Below, piece after piece: positions 28,648 to 37,852 of a stretch of 64,000 bases of DNA. Positions within the stretch are counted from its first letter, which is position 1, and each line of letters opens with the position of its first letter. The position numbers and the translations under genes were made by a program. Below the pieces are notes generated by a model. It was given only the letters and a program-made list of their open reading frames with translations, was not told the DNA's origin and ran no database searches. The stretch comes from an uncultured bacterium (GTDB lineage Bacteria; Joyebacterota; Joyebacteria; Joyebacterales; Joyebacteraceae): the NCBI GenBank assembly GCA_964596015.1, contig CAZQSB010000001.1, positions 118,023 to 182,022 of the forward strand. The letters are read 5' to 3'.

Positions 28648-28682
28648 ACAAGCCGTGCACGGCTTGTCCACTCCTTGTCCAC
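28648..28682. promoter_or_regulatory. Candidate operator: 20-bp perfect palindrome plus two direct CTTGTCCAC repeats
   Basis: ACAAGCCGTGCACGGCTTGT lies at 28648-28667. CTTGTCCAC occurs at 28663-28671 and again at 28674-28682, 11 bp apart. The site is 126-160 nt upstream of the korA ATG. Confidence 0.3.
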
Positions 28683-28764
28683 ACGCCACGATGGACGAGG
28701 CGGGCCCCGCCCGCCGCGGCTCCCGTCGGGTCGTATCGCCCTCCTCCGCAGCCGCGCTCCGGCG

Positions 28765-29571
28765 TCACGGCGGAGGGTCCTCCGGCGCCGTCAGCGCCGC
28801 GGCGACGTCCGCGAGCGTGACGAGGTCGAGCGCGTTGTGGTGGAACACCGTCAGCATGTCCGATGGGTCTGCCGTCCGCACGAATCGATGGTATGCCGCC
28901 GGGATCTCCTCGCCCGGGATGTCCCCGGTCCTCCTGCGGCCGCAGACGCGCCACTCCAGCGTCTGGAGCCTGCAGTCCGGTAGAACCCCGCGCCACCGGC
29001 GCCGCGCGTGGTGCAGCAGGTCCACGTGGACAGGTTCCGCCGGAGACTCGATGCCGTGCACGGCGAACCGGTCGCGCAGCACCGGCAGGTCGAACGCCTT
29101 CCCATTGAACGATACGATCATCGACGAGGAGGCGAGCAGCCTCAGCCACTCCGCGAGGAGCGCCGGCTCCTCCCTGTAGTCCCTGGCGAACACCTGGCGG
29201 AGGGTCAGCGTCGTCCCCGAGACGCGCATCGTCCCGAGGAGGAACACCATGTTCCCGGCCAGGCCCGTCGTCTCCGTGTCGACGAAGACAGCTTCCTCGG
29301 GACGCCGCACGAGTTCGAGGATCTCCTCGTGGATGTCGTCGCGTCCGCGGTGCGCCTTCCGCGCCGCCGCGAGCCTCGCGGCCAGCGCGGCGGCCTCGGA
29401 GGCCGGAGCGAGTTCCTCGAACGTCCTCTCGACGATCAGGACATCCCCGTCGTCGACGATCCTCCGGAGACCGGCGAGATCCCGCGGCCTCTCGGGCCGC
29501 GGACCGCGTCCGCTCCGGGACGCTCTCCCAAGCCCGGAGAGCCTCTCCTTGAACGCGTCACGCGGGCTCAT
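28765..29571 (-). CDS. RNase H-like 3'-5' exonuclease domain protein (YprB/MrfB-like)
   Basis: Motifs FVDTETTGL and SFNGKAFDLPVL are present, with the conserved H...D further on. It overlaps the epimerase stop by 14 nt. Confidence 0.75.
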   Translation of the reverse strand: MSPRDAFKERLSGLGRASRSGRGPRPERPRDLAGLRRIVDDGDVLIVERTFEELAPASEAAALAARLAAARKAHRGRDDIHEEILELVRRPEEAVFVDTETTGLAGNMVFLLGTMRVSGTTLTLRQVFARDYREEPALLAEWLRLLASSSMIVSFNGKAFDLPVLRDRFAVHGIESPAEPVHVDLLHHARRRWRGVLPDCRLQTLEWRVCGRRRTGDIPGEEIPAAYHRFVRTADPSDMLTVFHHNALDLVTLADVAAALTAPEDPPP

Positions 29572-30601
29572 CGTTCTCTCCCGCGCTCACGGACCTCGGA
29601 ACGACGCCGAGCCCGGGCTTGTTCGGGAGCCTCATCGTGCCGTGGTCGATGGTCATGCCGAGGAAGGGGTCCTCCTTCAGAAGGAACGCGCTGTCGAGAT
29701 CGGCGTAGTCCACGAGCGGCGAGATGTGGGCCGCAGCCGTGAGCGCCAGCGAGCTCTCGAGCATGCAGCCGATCATCGTCCGAAGTCCCTGCTCCTTAGC
29801 CATCCTCGCCATCCGGACCGCTTCGACGATGCCTCCGCACTTCATGAGCTTGATCACGATGCCGTCCACAGCGTCCGCGACGCGAGGGACGGCCGCGCTG
29901 GTGGGGCAGCTCTCGTCCGCGAAGATGGGCACATCGGAACGCTCCTTCACATACGCGAGACCCTCGATGTCGTCGGCAGCCACGGGCTGCTCAATGAAGA
30001 GCACTCCGATCTTCGCGAGCTCGGCCGCCCGCTCGACCGCCTCGTCGCGCGTCCAGCCGCAGTTCGCGTCGACGGTCACCTCGGCGCCCGTCTCCTCCCT
30101 GATCGACCGGACGATGTCGGACGGCGTCTCGGAAGAGAGCTTGACCTTGAGCATCGGGAAGCCGGTGACCTCCCGGGCCTTCGCCATCATGAGCTCCGGT
30201 TCGTCGAGCCCGATGCTGATGGTCGTCGGGGGAGCGTCGGCCGGATCGAGTTCGAAGTGCTCGTAAAGGGGGACGCCGTAGCGCTTCCCGAGCATGTCGT
30301 GCGCGGCGATCTCGAGCGAAGCGCGGGCGGCCGGGTCGTTCGCGCCGCCGTGCGCCAGAAGCGCCGCCATGAGCTCCGACTCGTGCCGGCAGTCCTCGAC
30401 GACCGGTCGGAACCTCTCGAGCCACTCAACGACGCTGTCGGCGTCCTCGCCGTAGAACCTCGAGGGCGCCGCTTCTCCGAGTCCGGTGAGTCCGTCGCCG
30501 TCGAGTTCGACGACCACGATCCTGCTCGACGCGCTCACGTTCCGCGCCGTTCGGAAGACGTGCCTGGGCACGACCTCCATGACGCGATGGGACATCCTCA
30601 C
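29558..30601 (-). CDS. Dipeptide (L-Ala-D/L-Glu type) epimerase, enolase superfamily
   Basis: Motifs KVKL (KxK), DANCGW, IEQP, ADES and IKLMKCGG are present. The true start may be the ATG at 30580 (MEVVPRH). Confidence 0.85.
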   Translation of the reverse strand: MRMSHRVMEVVPRHVFRTARNVSASSRIVVVELDGDGLTGLGEAAPSRFYGEDADSVVEWLERFRPVVEDCRHESELMAALLAHGGANDPAARASLEIAAHDMLGKRYGVPLYEHFELDPADAPPTTISIGLDEPELMMAKAREVTGFPMLKVKLSSETPSDIVRSIREETGAEVTVDANCGWTRDEAVERAAELAKIGVLFIEQPVAADDIEGLAYVKERSDVPIFADESCPTSAAVPRVADAVDGIVIKLMKCGGIVEAVRMARMAKEQGLRTMIGCMLESSLALTAAAHISPLVDYADLDSAFLLKEDPFLGMTIDHGTMRLPNKPGLGVVPRSVSAGENDEPA

Positions 30602-30692
30602 TTGTGCGCCTCCGCGTGGTTGCGCGCTCGCCCCTGAAGAGGCTCCCCGAGCCGGGGCGCATCCCGGGGCCGAGACGGTCGCGGGGACCCCC

Positions 30693-31373
30693 CTAGCGGA
30701 CGTAGGGGTTCGCTCGTCGCTCGTCTCCGATGGTCGTAGCGGGGCCGTGGCCGGGCAGGACGACGGTGTCGTCCGACAGCGCCATGAGTTTCTCGCGGAT
30801 CGACGTCATGAGGACCTCGTACGCGATCGTGCTCGCGTCGCTCGAGCACGGAAGGTCCGACCGTCCGATCGAGCCCGCAAAGAGCGTGTCGCCGGTGAGG
30901 ACGAAACCGTCGCCCAGAAGCGCGATCCCGCCGACGCTGTGTCCGGGGGTATGCAGAACCCGAAGCTCGTGCCTGCCGGCGCGCACGACGTCCCCATCCT
31001 TCAGGAGCCGATCCGCGGGCGCGACGTGGACGCTCATGCCGAAGAGCGTAGAGGCGTTCCTGTCGGGGTCCGTCAGCTTCATCGCGTCCAGCTCGTGGAT
31101 CGCCACCTCCGCCTTGAGCCACCGCTTCAGCAGGTCGTTCCCGGCCATATGGTCCGGATGACCGTGGGTGTTGACGATGGTCGACACGGCGAGGCCCAGG
31201 TCGGCGACCCTGTCCGCGATCGCCGCGACGTCCGTCGGCTCGTCCGACCCCGGGTCGACGACGATGCCGTCGGCCCCCTCTTCACCGACGATGTAGCAGT
31301 TCGCCTGCGCGAAACCCACGACCGCGTGTTCCGCTACGATGTCCTGTCCGAGGTCGTGCTTCGTCCATTCCAC
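30693..31373 (-). CDS. MBL-fold metallo-hydrolase (glyoxalase II-like)
   Basis: Motifs THGHPDHMAGN and HTPGHS are present, with a C-terminal GH. Confidence 0.9.
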   Translation of the reverse strand: MEWTKHDLGQDIVAEHAVVGFAQANCYIVGEEGADGIVVDPGSDEPTDVAAIADRVADLGLAVSTIVNTHGHPDHMAGNDLLKRWLKAEVAIHELDAMKLTDPDRNASTLFGMSVHVAPADRLLKDGDVVRAGRHELRVLHTPGHSVGGIALLGDGFVLTGDTLFAGSIGRSDLPCSSDASTIAYEVLMTSIREKLMALSDDTVVLPGHGPATTIGDERRANPYVR

Positions 31374-31475
31374 GAGCGCCCCCCGATGGAATCGCTGTCA
31401 GCCGGGCGGCTCAGGCCCACATCACTATAACGCAGGACCGGCCCGGAGAGCGAGGATTATTCGTGTACGAAGGAG

Positions 31476-31504
31476 TTGACACGGCGGGCACCGCCCGGTA
31501 CCTT
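31476..31504 (+). promoter_or_regulatory. Possible sigma70-type promoter of the radical SAM gene
   Basis: TTGACA (31476-31481), a 17-nt spacer, then TACCTT (31499-31504). GAAGGA lies 7 nt before the ATG at 31567. The -10 element is weak. Confidence 0.3.
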
Positions 31505-31566
31505 GGAAAAGAACGACTGACGGCGCACGGAACCGGACCCCGAACGACCCCGAGAAGGACTCACTG

Positions 31567-33048
31567 ATGAACGCGCTCCTGGTCTACCCCGAGTTCCCCG
31601 ACACCTTCTGGAGCATGAAGCACGCTCTCAGGCTGGCCGGCAAGAAGGCCACCGCGCCTCCGCTCGGCCTCGTCACCATCGCGGCCATGCTGCCCGACGA
31701 CTGGTCTCTCCGGCTCGTCGACCTCAATATCGAGGATCTCGACGACAGCGATCTGGACTGGGCCGACGCCGTGCTCCTGAGCGGCATGATCATCCAGAGG
31801 GACGCCGCCCGGGCGATCATCGACCGCGCGAAGGCGAAGGGTCTGATGACCATCGCCGGCGGCCCGCTCTTCACGACGGAGCCCGAGAACTTCGACGACG
31901 TCGACCATCTCATTCTGGGCGAGGGCGAGGTGACGCTGCCCATGTTCCTTGCCGACCTCGAGAACGGCACGCCACGCCACGTCTACACGTCCGACGAACA
32001 TCCCGACATCAGGAACTCCCCTGTGCCGCGGTGGGACATCGTGCATCCCACGGCCTACACGAACCGCTCCGTCCAGTACTCGCGCGGCTGCCCCCACAAT
32101 TGCGACTTCTGCAGCGTGACCCAGCTCTTCGGTCACAGATGGCGCACCAAGACCGTCGAGCAGGTCATCGCTGAGCTGGACGCCATCTACGACTCCGGAT
32201 GGCGCAACTCGATCAACTTCGTGGACGACAATCTCGCCGGGCGCCCGAGGGTCCTCAAGGAAGAACTCCTCCCCGCCCTCATCGAGTGGCGTCGCGGGAA
32301 GGACGCGATGCCGTTCGGCACCCAGATCGGCATCGAGATCGCGGACGACCCGGAGCTCATGGCGATGATGGTCGAGGCCGGGTTCGCCTCCGTCTTCATC
32401 GGCATCGAGTCCGTTGACGAGGCGAGTCTCTCTGAATGCAACAAGCGGCAGAACCAGAACCGCGACCTTCTCGAGGACGTCCGCCGCATCCAGCGCGCCG
32501 GCCTCATGGTGACCGGCGGCTTCATTGTGGGCTTCGACCACGACGAGCCGGCTGTCTTCGACCGCATGACCGAGTTCATCCAGAAGAGCGGCATCACGAC
32601 CGCGATGGTCGGCGTCCTGCAGGCCCCGTCGGGAACGAAGCTCTTCGAGCGACTGCAGTCGGAGGGACGGATCGCCGGGGAGATGACGGGCGACAACGTG
32701 AACGGCCTCACGAACGTCGTGACCAAGATGGACCGTTCGACGCTGCAGCAGGGATACCGCCGCATGCTGCGCAGGCTGTATTCGGCCGACCAGTACTACG
32801 CGCGCATCCGCACGTTCATCAGGAACTACCGACCGCCGAGACGCCGACCCCCGAGACTCCGCGGCTGGCACATCAGGGCGTTCTTCCAGGCGCTCTACGA
32901 GCTGGGGATCGCGCGACGCGACGGGTGGCGCTACCACGTCCTGCTCTGGTGGACGCTCTTCCACAAGCCCCGCGCGTTCCCGACGGCCATCACGCTGGCG
33001 ATCGCCGGGTATCACTTCCAGCTTCTGGCCGACACTCTTCCCGAGTAG
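31567..33048 (+). CDS. B12-binding domain radical SAM protein with a DUF4070-type C-terminus
   Basis: It has an N-terminal cobalamin-binding-like Rossmann region and the radical SAM cluster motif CPHNCDFC. The C-terminal helical region is typical of DUF4070. Confidence 0.9.
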   Translation: MNALLVYPEFPDTFWSMKHALRLAGKKATAPPLGLVTIAAMLPDDWSLRLVDLNIEDLDDSDLDWADAVLLSGMIIQRDAARAIIDRAKAKGLMTIAGGPLFTTEPENFDDVDHLILGEGEVTLPMFLADLENGTPRHVYTSDEHPDIRNSPVPRWDIVHPTAYTNRSVQYSRGCPHNCDFCSVTQLFGHRWRTKTVEQVIAELDAIYDSGWRNSINFVDDNLAGRPRVLKEELLPALIEWRRGKDAMPFGTQIGIEIADDPELMAMMVEAGFASVFIGIESVDEASLSECNKRQNQNRDLLEDVRRIQRAGLMVTGGFIVGFDHDEPAVFDRMTEFIQKSGITTAMVGVLQAPSGTKLFERLQSEGRIAGEMTGDNVNGLTNVVTKMDRSTLQQGYRRMLRRLYSADQYYARIRTFIRNYRPPRRRPPRLRGWHIRAFFQALYELGIARRDGWRYHVLLWWTLFHKPRAFPTAITLAIAGYHFQLLADTLPE

Positions 33049-35362
33049 TTCCGCCGACGATCAGCCGGAGAAGCAGCCTCGCCGATTCCTTGTCGGGGAT
33101 CGGCCATCCACCCTGCGCGTCCGGGTCCTGCTGGATCGGGGGCCGAAGGACGGGCAGCCCGACGCACGACGGACATCCCTCCTCGCAAGGGCACTCCTCG
33201 ACGAGGTCGAGACAGCCCCGCATCAGCTCCTCGAAGCGGTGGTATCCCTGCTCGACGAAGCCCAGGCCCCCCTCATAGCGGTCGTACAGGAACATCGTGG
33301 GCGCCCCGGTGTTCGAGCTTTCGACAATCCCTCCGATGTCCCGCCGGTCGCACATGGCGAAGAGCGGCAGCACGCTGATGGCCATGTTCCGGATGCCGAC
33401 GAGCCCCTCGACGGGGTTCTTCCCCTGCTTCCTGACCGCGGCCATCACGTCCTTCGCGGGGATGAACCAGAGCGCGCGCGTCTCGAGATGGAAGGGCGGC
33501 AGGTCGAGATTGCACCAGCCGATGGAGTCCATCTTGTAGAACTGGATCTTCTTGAAGGCCGCCGTCACCCACGTGACCGTGGCGTCGCCGAAGACCAGCC
33601 GCCCGTCCTCCCGCGGAATGTGCTCGCGCTCCGCCTCGACGCGTATCGATGACTCGAGGATGGGTTGCGTGTAATAGTCGACCTCCTTCTTCTCGACGTA
33701 GGCGATCTTCTGCTCGAGGTCGAGGTCGCGCACGAAGTAGGTCTCGCCCTCGTGAAGGTAGATCGCCTCCGGGTAGACGAGCTCGAGCGCCGACACTCCG
33801 TCGACGACACCGACCGTCTGGTTCTCGTTGCCGACGTCGACGATGGTGTACGTGTCGTCGGAGATGGTCCGGAGGCTCAACTGGCGCGCGGGATACTCGG
33901 TCGAGGCCCAGTAGTGGCGTCCGTCGAGCTCCCGCACTTCATGGAACTCCTCAAGAAGATCCAGGATGGGCTCCGTCAGTTCACCGAAGAGCCTCTCGTC
34001 CTCCTCCCGGACCGGGAGTTCGAAGGCTGCGCATCGGAGGTGCTTCGCCAGGATGTAGCGGTTCTCGGGATCGATGACGGCGCTCTCCGGCGACTGACGG
34101 AAGAAGTACTCACCGTGACGCATGAGATACTGGTCGATCGGGTCGTTGTAGGCGACGAGAACGGCCAGCGACTCGTCGGACGTCCTGCCCGCGCGGCCGG
34201 CCTGCTGCCACGAGCTCGCGATCGTTCCCGGGAAGCCGACGATGATGGCGGCGTCGAGGCTCCCCACGTCGATGCCGAGCTCGAGCGCGTTCGTGCTCGC
34301 GACGCCCATGAGCTCGCCGCTGAAGAGCTGACGCTCGATCTCGCGACGCTCCTCCGGCAGATAGCCTCCCCGGTAGGGGCGGATCTTCCGGGCATACTCG
34401 GGCTTGGTCCGGGCCAGCGTGTCCTTGGCGTACCTGTAGATGAGCTCGGCGACGACGCGCGCCCGGCCGAACGCGATCGTCTGAAAACCCGAGGCGATGA
34501 GCTCGGCCATGAGCCAGTGGCCCTCGACGTTCGAGCTTCGCCGCTCCATCTCCGCCTCGTCGAGGAACGGCGGGTTCCAGAGCACGAAGTACTTCCTGCC
34601 CCTGGGACTGCCGTCGGTGTCGACCGTCGCGAACGGCAGGCCGGTCAGCCGCTCCGCCAGCTCCCCCGGATTGGCGATGGTCGCGCTCGAGGCGATGAAC
34701 TGCGGGTTCGAGCCGTAATGCTCGCACACCCGCCGGAGACGCCGGAGGACGTTCGCGACGTTCGAGCCGAAGATGCCGCGGTAGGTATGGATCTCGTCGA
34801 CCACCACGTACCTGAGGTCCTTCAGGAAGCGGTTCCACTTGGCGTGATACGGGAGGATCGCGGCGTGGAGCATGTCGGGGTTCGAGAGGATGATGTTCCC
34901 CTCGTCGCGGAGCTTCCGCCGCGTGTGCCGCGTGGTGTCGCCGTCGTAGGTCCCCGAACGGACGGCCTCGCCGATGCGACGGTCGAGCTCGCGCAGCCTC
35001 ACGAGCCCGCGCTGCTGGTCCTGCGCGAGCGCTTTCGTCGGGAAGAGATAGAGCGCCTTCGATGAGGGCTCCTCCAGGAGCGTCTCGATGACGGGGATGT
35101 TGTAGCAGAGCGTCTTGCCGGAGGCGGTGCCTGTCACGACCACGACGTTCCTGCCGTCGCGGACGCCCTCGATCGACTCGACCTGATGCGAGTAGAGCCG
35201 TTCGATGCCGGCCGCCGTGAGCGCTTCGGAGAGAGGCGTCGGGAGAGGCTCCTCGAGCTCACCGTACCGCGCCTCGCGCGCGGGGACGACCTCGACATGG
35301 CTGATCTGTCCGCGGTAGTACCTGTGGTGCCGCAGCGATTCGAGGAACCCGGCGATGGTCAT
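32990..35362 (-). CDS. DEXH-box helicase with a C-terminal DUF1998 zinc domain (MrfA/YprA-like)
   Basis: ATG at 35362 (MTIAGFLESL). Motif I is GTASGKT and motif II is VVDEIH. Motif VI is QQAGRAGR. The C-terminal Cys cluster is CPCEEGCPSC. The ORF upstream of 35362 is low-complexity and overlaps the next gene. Confidence 0.9.
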   Translation of the reverse strand: MTIAGFLESLRHHRYYRGQISHVEVVPAREARYGELEEPLPTPLSEALTAAGIERLYSHQVESIEGVRDGRNVVVVTGTASGKTLCYNIPVIETLLEEPSSKALYLFPTKALAQDQQRGLVRLRELDRRIGEAVRSGTYDGDTTRHTRRKLRDEGNIILSNPDMLHAAILPYHAKWNRFLKDLRYVVVDEIHTYRGIFGSNVANVLRRLRRVCEHYGSNPQFIASSATIANPGELAERLTGLPFATVDTDGSPRGRKYFVLWNPPFLDEAEMERRSSNVEGHWLMAELIASGFQTIAFGRARVVAELIYRYAKDTLARTKPEYARKIRPYRGGYLPEERREIERQLFSGELMGVASTNALELGIDVGSLDAAIIVGFPGTIASSWQQAGRAGRTSDESLAVLVAYNDPIDQYLMRHGEYFFRQSPESAVIDPENRYILAKHLRCAAFELPVREEDERLFGELTEPILDLLEEFHEVRELDGRHYWASTEYPARQLSLRTISDDTYTIVDVGNENQTVGVVDGVSALELVYPEAIYLHEGETYFVRDLDLEQKIAYVEKKEVDYYTQPILESSIRVEAEREHIPREDGRLVFGDATVTWVTAAFKKIQFYKMDSIGWCNLDLPPFHLETRALWFIPAKDVMAAVRKQGKNPVEGLVGIRNMAISVLPLFAMCDRRDIGGIVESSNTGAPTMFLYDRYEGGLGFVEQGYHRFEELMRGCLDLVEECPCEEGCPSCVGLPVLRPPIQQDPDAQGGWPIPDKESARLLLRLIVGGTTREECRPEAGSDTRRSPA

Positions 35363-35381
35363 GGGTGCAACTGCGCTCCGA

Positions 35382-36092
35382 TCATGTGACAGGGAACTGA
35401 CTCCAGTGACGGCCTTCGAGCTCTCTGCCGTTCCGCTTCTTGTTGAAGCCGCCCCACTGCTTGAAGAAGAAGGGGACTCCCTTGGCCAGGCACTGGTCGC
35501 GGATATCCATGACCCACCGACCATCGATGGGTCTCGCTCCCGGCCCTGACTCACCGCCGACGATCACCCAGTCGATTCCCGAGAGATCCACGCCCTTGAG
35601 TGGCCCCAGCAGAGGTTCGAGAGAAAGGAACTTCAGAGCCGCTCCTGTGCCTCTCAGGCAATCCGCCCTCCAGAGGTAGTCGGCCGTCTCGATGCTCACG
35701 CCCATCCAGATATTGCCTGCCCAGGGAAGCTCGCTTGTGTACTTCGCAAGACGGTCGGCGCGCTTCGTCAGAACCTGGAACCTGTGCCAGTATGCCTGGT
35801 TCATGGTCTTGAAGACGCGATGGATGAAGCTGAATTTGAGTTCCTCATGGAAGAGATCGCTCATCGAGTTGACGAAGACGTGACGCGGCTTCTTCCAGCG
35901 CAGGGGGATCTCCAAAGAGGACTCGTGGGGACTCAACTCGAATCCCCTCTCGTAGTTTGGGGAGCCCATTGCCTGCAGTCTTCGAGCCATGCGCTCGGCG
36001 TAGCAGTTGCGGCAGCCCGGGCTGATCTTCGTGCAACCTGTAACAGGGTTCCAGGTCGCGTCGGTCCATTCGATGCTGGAGTTGCCTGCCAT
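35382..36092 (-). CDS. DUF5131 (phage Gp37/Gp68 family) three-Cys-motif protein
   Basis: Motifs [27 protein letters not shown] (C-x6-C-x2-C), [26 protein letters not shown] and FFFKQWG are present. G+C is lower than in the flanks. Confidence 0.85.
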   Translation of the reverse strand: MAGNSSIEWTDATWNPVTGCTKISPGCRNCYAERMARRLQAMGSPNYERGFELSPHESSLEIPLRWKKPRHVFVNSMSDLFHEELKFSFIHRVFKTMNQAYWHRFQVLTKRADRLAKYTSELPWAGNIWMGVSIETADYLWRADCLRGTGAALKFLSLEPLLGPLKGVDLSGIDWVIVGGESGPGARPIDGRWVMDIRDQCLAKGVPFFFKQWGGFNKKRNGRELEGRHWSQFPVT

Positions 36093-36109
36093 AGAGGCTT
36101 CCCTCCCAT

Positions 36110-36964
36110 CTAGAACAGCTCCTGCTGAGGGATGGAGTACTTCCGAGCCTGCGCGAAGAACTCCCTTCCAAGAGCGTTGCGGCTGTAGAACACCAGGTGA
36201 TAGAGAATCCTCCGGTTGCTCGGTAGTCGAATCGGCACAGCATGTTCGCGTCCGCCATGCTCGTACCCAAGTGACAACATGCGCTCGTCGTAGAGATCAA
36301 GAAGCAGTTTCTCGGGAGCATCCCCTGCTCTTCTAGCATCTTCGAGCCGCGCTCTCCAGTCTGGGACACCTGTGAAGCCAGCAACTGGATCCCTGTCTGA
36401 GGTTTCATAGCCCCGACAGAACCGAGCGAACTGCATTTCCGTTGGCACGAGCACGAGGAAGTCCATGTACCGCGTCGAGAGTTTCTCAACTGTCGCGAAG
36501 TCCAAGTTGCTCATACCCCAGGGGTCTGCGAAGCAGAAACCAAGGGAGCTCTCGCCTCGTCTGAGGGCAGGAAGGGCGTCCAGAACTTGATCCACCATCT
36601 CGTTCGTATTGCCCAGCAGAAAGCAACAGTCAGATCCCGGCTTGTACCTCAGCACCCGTGACCTGAGTGCGTCGAGACACTCCGCGTCCTGCTCGCAGAA
36701 GACGTAGTGCGTGAATGGCTCCTTCACCGACAAGGCAAGAAGAGGAGAGGTCAAGACGACACGGCCCGCGTCTACATCCATCGCCTTGCCCGCACCGGCA
36801 AAGAGGTCCACATAGACCCTGTGAGTCCACTTCTTCTTCATCGAAGAAGAGAACAGCTCCGCATAGCCCAGCAGAAGCGAGTGCTTGCCCCGCGCGTAGC
36901 TCTTGATAGGGGGAGTCGGAAGACCGTCATCCTCAGCAGGCCCCAGTGCGTCTGGCATTCCCAT
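36110..36964 (-). CDS. tcmP: Three-Cys-motif partner protein TcmP-like (methyltransferase-like motifs)
   Basis: 284 aa. It contains VDLFAGAG (SAM motif I-like) and FADPWG (motif IV-like). It sits immediately upstream of DUF5131, the defining genomic context of TcmP. The start may be the ATG at 36958. Confidence 0.7.
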   Translation of the reverse strand: MGMPDALGPAEDDGLPTPPIKSYARGKHSLLLGYAELFSSSMKKKWTHRVYVDLFAGAGKAMDVDAGRVVLTSPLLALSVKEPFTHYVFCEQDAECLDALRSRVLRYKPGSDCCFLLGNTNEMVDQVLDALPALRRGESSLGFCFADPWGMSNLDFATVEKLSTRYMDFLVLVPTEMQFARFCRGYETSDRDPVAGFTGVPDWRARLEDARRAGDAPEKLLLDLYDERMLSLGYEHGGREHAVPIRLPSNRRILYHLVFYSRNALGREFFAQARKYSIPQQELF

Positions 36965-36971
36965 CCCTCTC

Positions 36972-37391
36972 TCACTCCCCGATGATCTTCACGAGGACGC
37001 GCTTCCGCCGCCCGCCGTCGAACTCGCCGTAGAAGACCTGCTCCCAGGGCCCGAAGTCAAGCTTCCCCGCCGTCACGGCGACGACCACCTCCCGGCCCAT
37101 CACCTGGCGCTTGAGGTGCGCGTCGCCGTTGTCCTCGCCGGTGCGGTTGTGCTCGTAGGCGCTGACGGGCTCGTGTGGCGCGAGCCGTTCGAGCCAGCGC
37201 TCGTAGTCCTTGTGGAGGCCCTTCTCGTCGTCATTGATGAAGACGGAGGCCGTGATGTGCATCGCATTCACGAGCACGAGCCCCTCGGTGACGCCCGACT
37301 CCTCGAGGGCCTCCTCGACCTGCGGCGTGATGTTGATGAACGCCCGTCTGCCGGGCGTGTTGAACCAGAGTTCCTTGCGATACGACGTCAT
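36972..37391 (-). CDS. yjbQ: YjbQ/UPF0047 family protein (secondary thiamine-phosphate synthase-like)
   Basis: 139 aa. The signature regions are [11 protein letters not shown] and GDAHLK...[16 protein letters not shown]. Confidence 0.88.
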   Translation of the reverse strand: MTSYRKELWFNTPGRRAFINITPQVEEALEESGVTEGLVLVNAMHITASVFINDDEKGLHKDYERWLERLAPHEPVSAYEHNRTGEDNGDAHLKRQVMGREVVVAVTAGKLDFGPWEQVFYGEFDGGRRKRVLVKIIGE

Positions 37392-37852
37392 CCTGCCCCA
37401 CCTTCCTCGTGGATCTTCCGCCTCAGTTCATCGAACCTCGGTGCGACCTCCTCAGCCCACCCTTCGATGCCGATCTCGCGGATCCTCTCCAGGTTCCGGA
37501 GCGCGCCCTGATACTGGGGCCTTGCGTGGAACTCCGCAATGGTCTCACACGTCTCCCAGTCGTCGCACTCGACGCAGAGACGGACGTTCCGCTCCCTTGC
37601 GCAGGCGAGGATCCTGCAGTCGGGGCTCCAGTGCCTGTCGAGCGGCCCCCGACAGCTCTCGCAGACGATGTCGCTCGCCTTGCACTCGACGCCGGCGTTC
37701 GCCACGAGCCATTCGGCGATCTTCTGCTGCGCCGCCGTGTTGCCAGTGATGTGCGCCTCCCGCATGTCGCAGACCCCGCAGTAGATGCCGCACGGCGCGA
37801 GCAGCTCCAGGTCGACTCTGTACACCGCTTCCCCCTCAGGCCCCGAGTTCAT
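37388..37852 (-). CDS. DUF3795-like cysteine-rich protein
   Basis: Cysteine patterns present are [24 protein letters not shown] and [10 protein letters not shown]. Its stop overlaps the yjbQ start (ATGA). Confidence 0.7.
   Translation of the reverse strand: MNSGPEGEAVYRVDLELLAPCGIYCGVCDMREAHITGNTAAQQKIAEWLVANAGVECKASDIVCESCRGPLDRHWSPDCRILACARERNVRLCVECDDWETCETIAEFHARPQYQGALRNLERIREIGIEGWAEEVAPRFDELRRKIHEEGGAG

Noticed and set aside
31463-31567. 34-codon GTG ORF whose TGA overlaps the radical SAM ATG (TGATG). It was considered as a possible RiPP precursor.
   Set aside because: Third-position G+C is only about 62 percent by hand count, well below real genes here. The ORF contains the best promoter candidate (TTGACA-17-TACCTT) for the radical SAM gene. 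No leader- or core-like features were seen.
35363-36971. Calling the lower-G+C TcmP/DUF5131 segment a mobile element or prophage remnant.
   Set aside because: I could find no integrase, transposase, tRNA target or flanking direct or inverted repeats. It is therefore reported as a compositional anomaly only.
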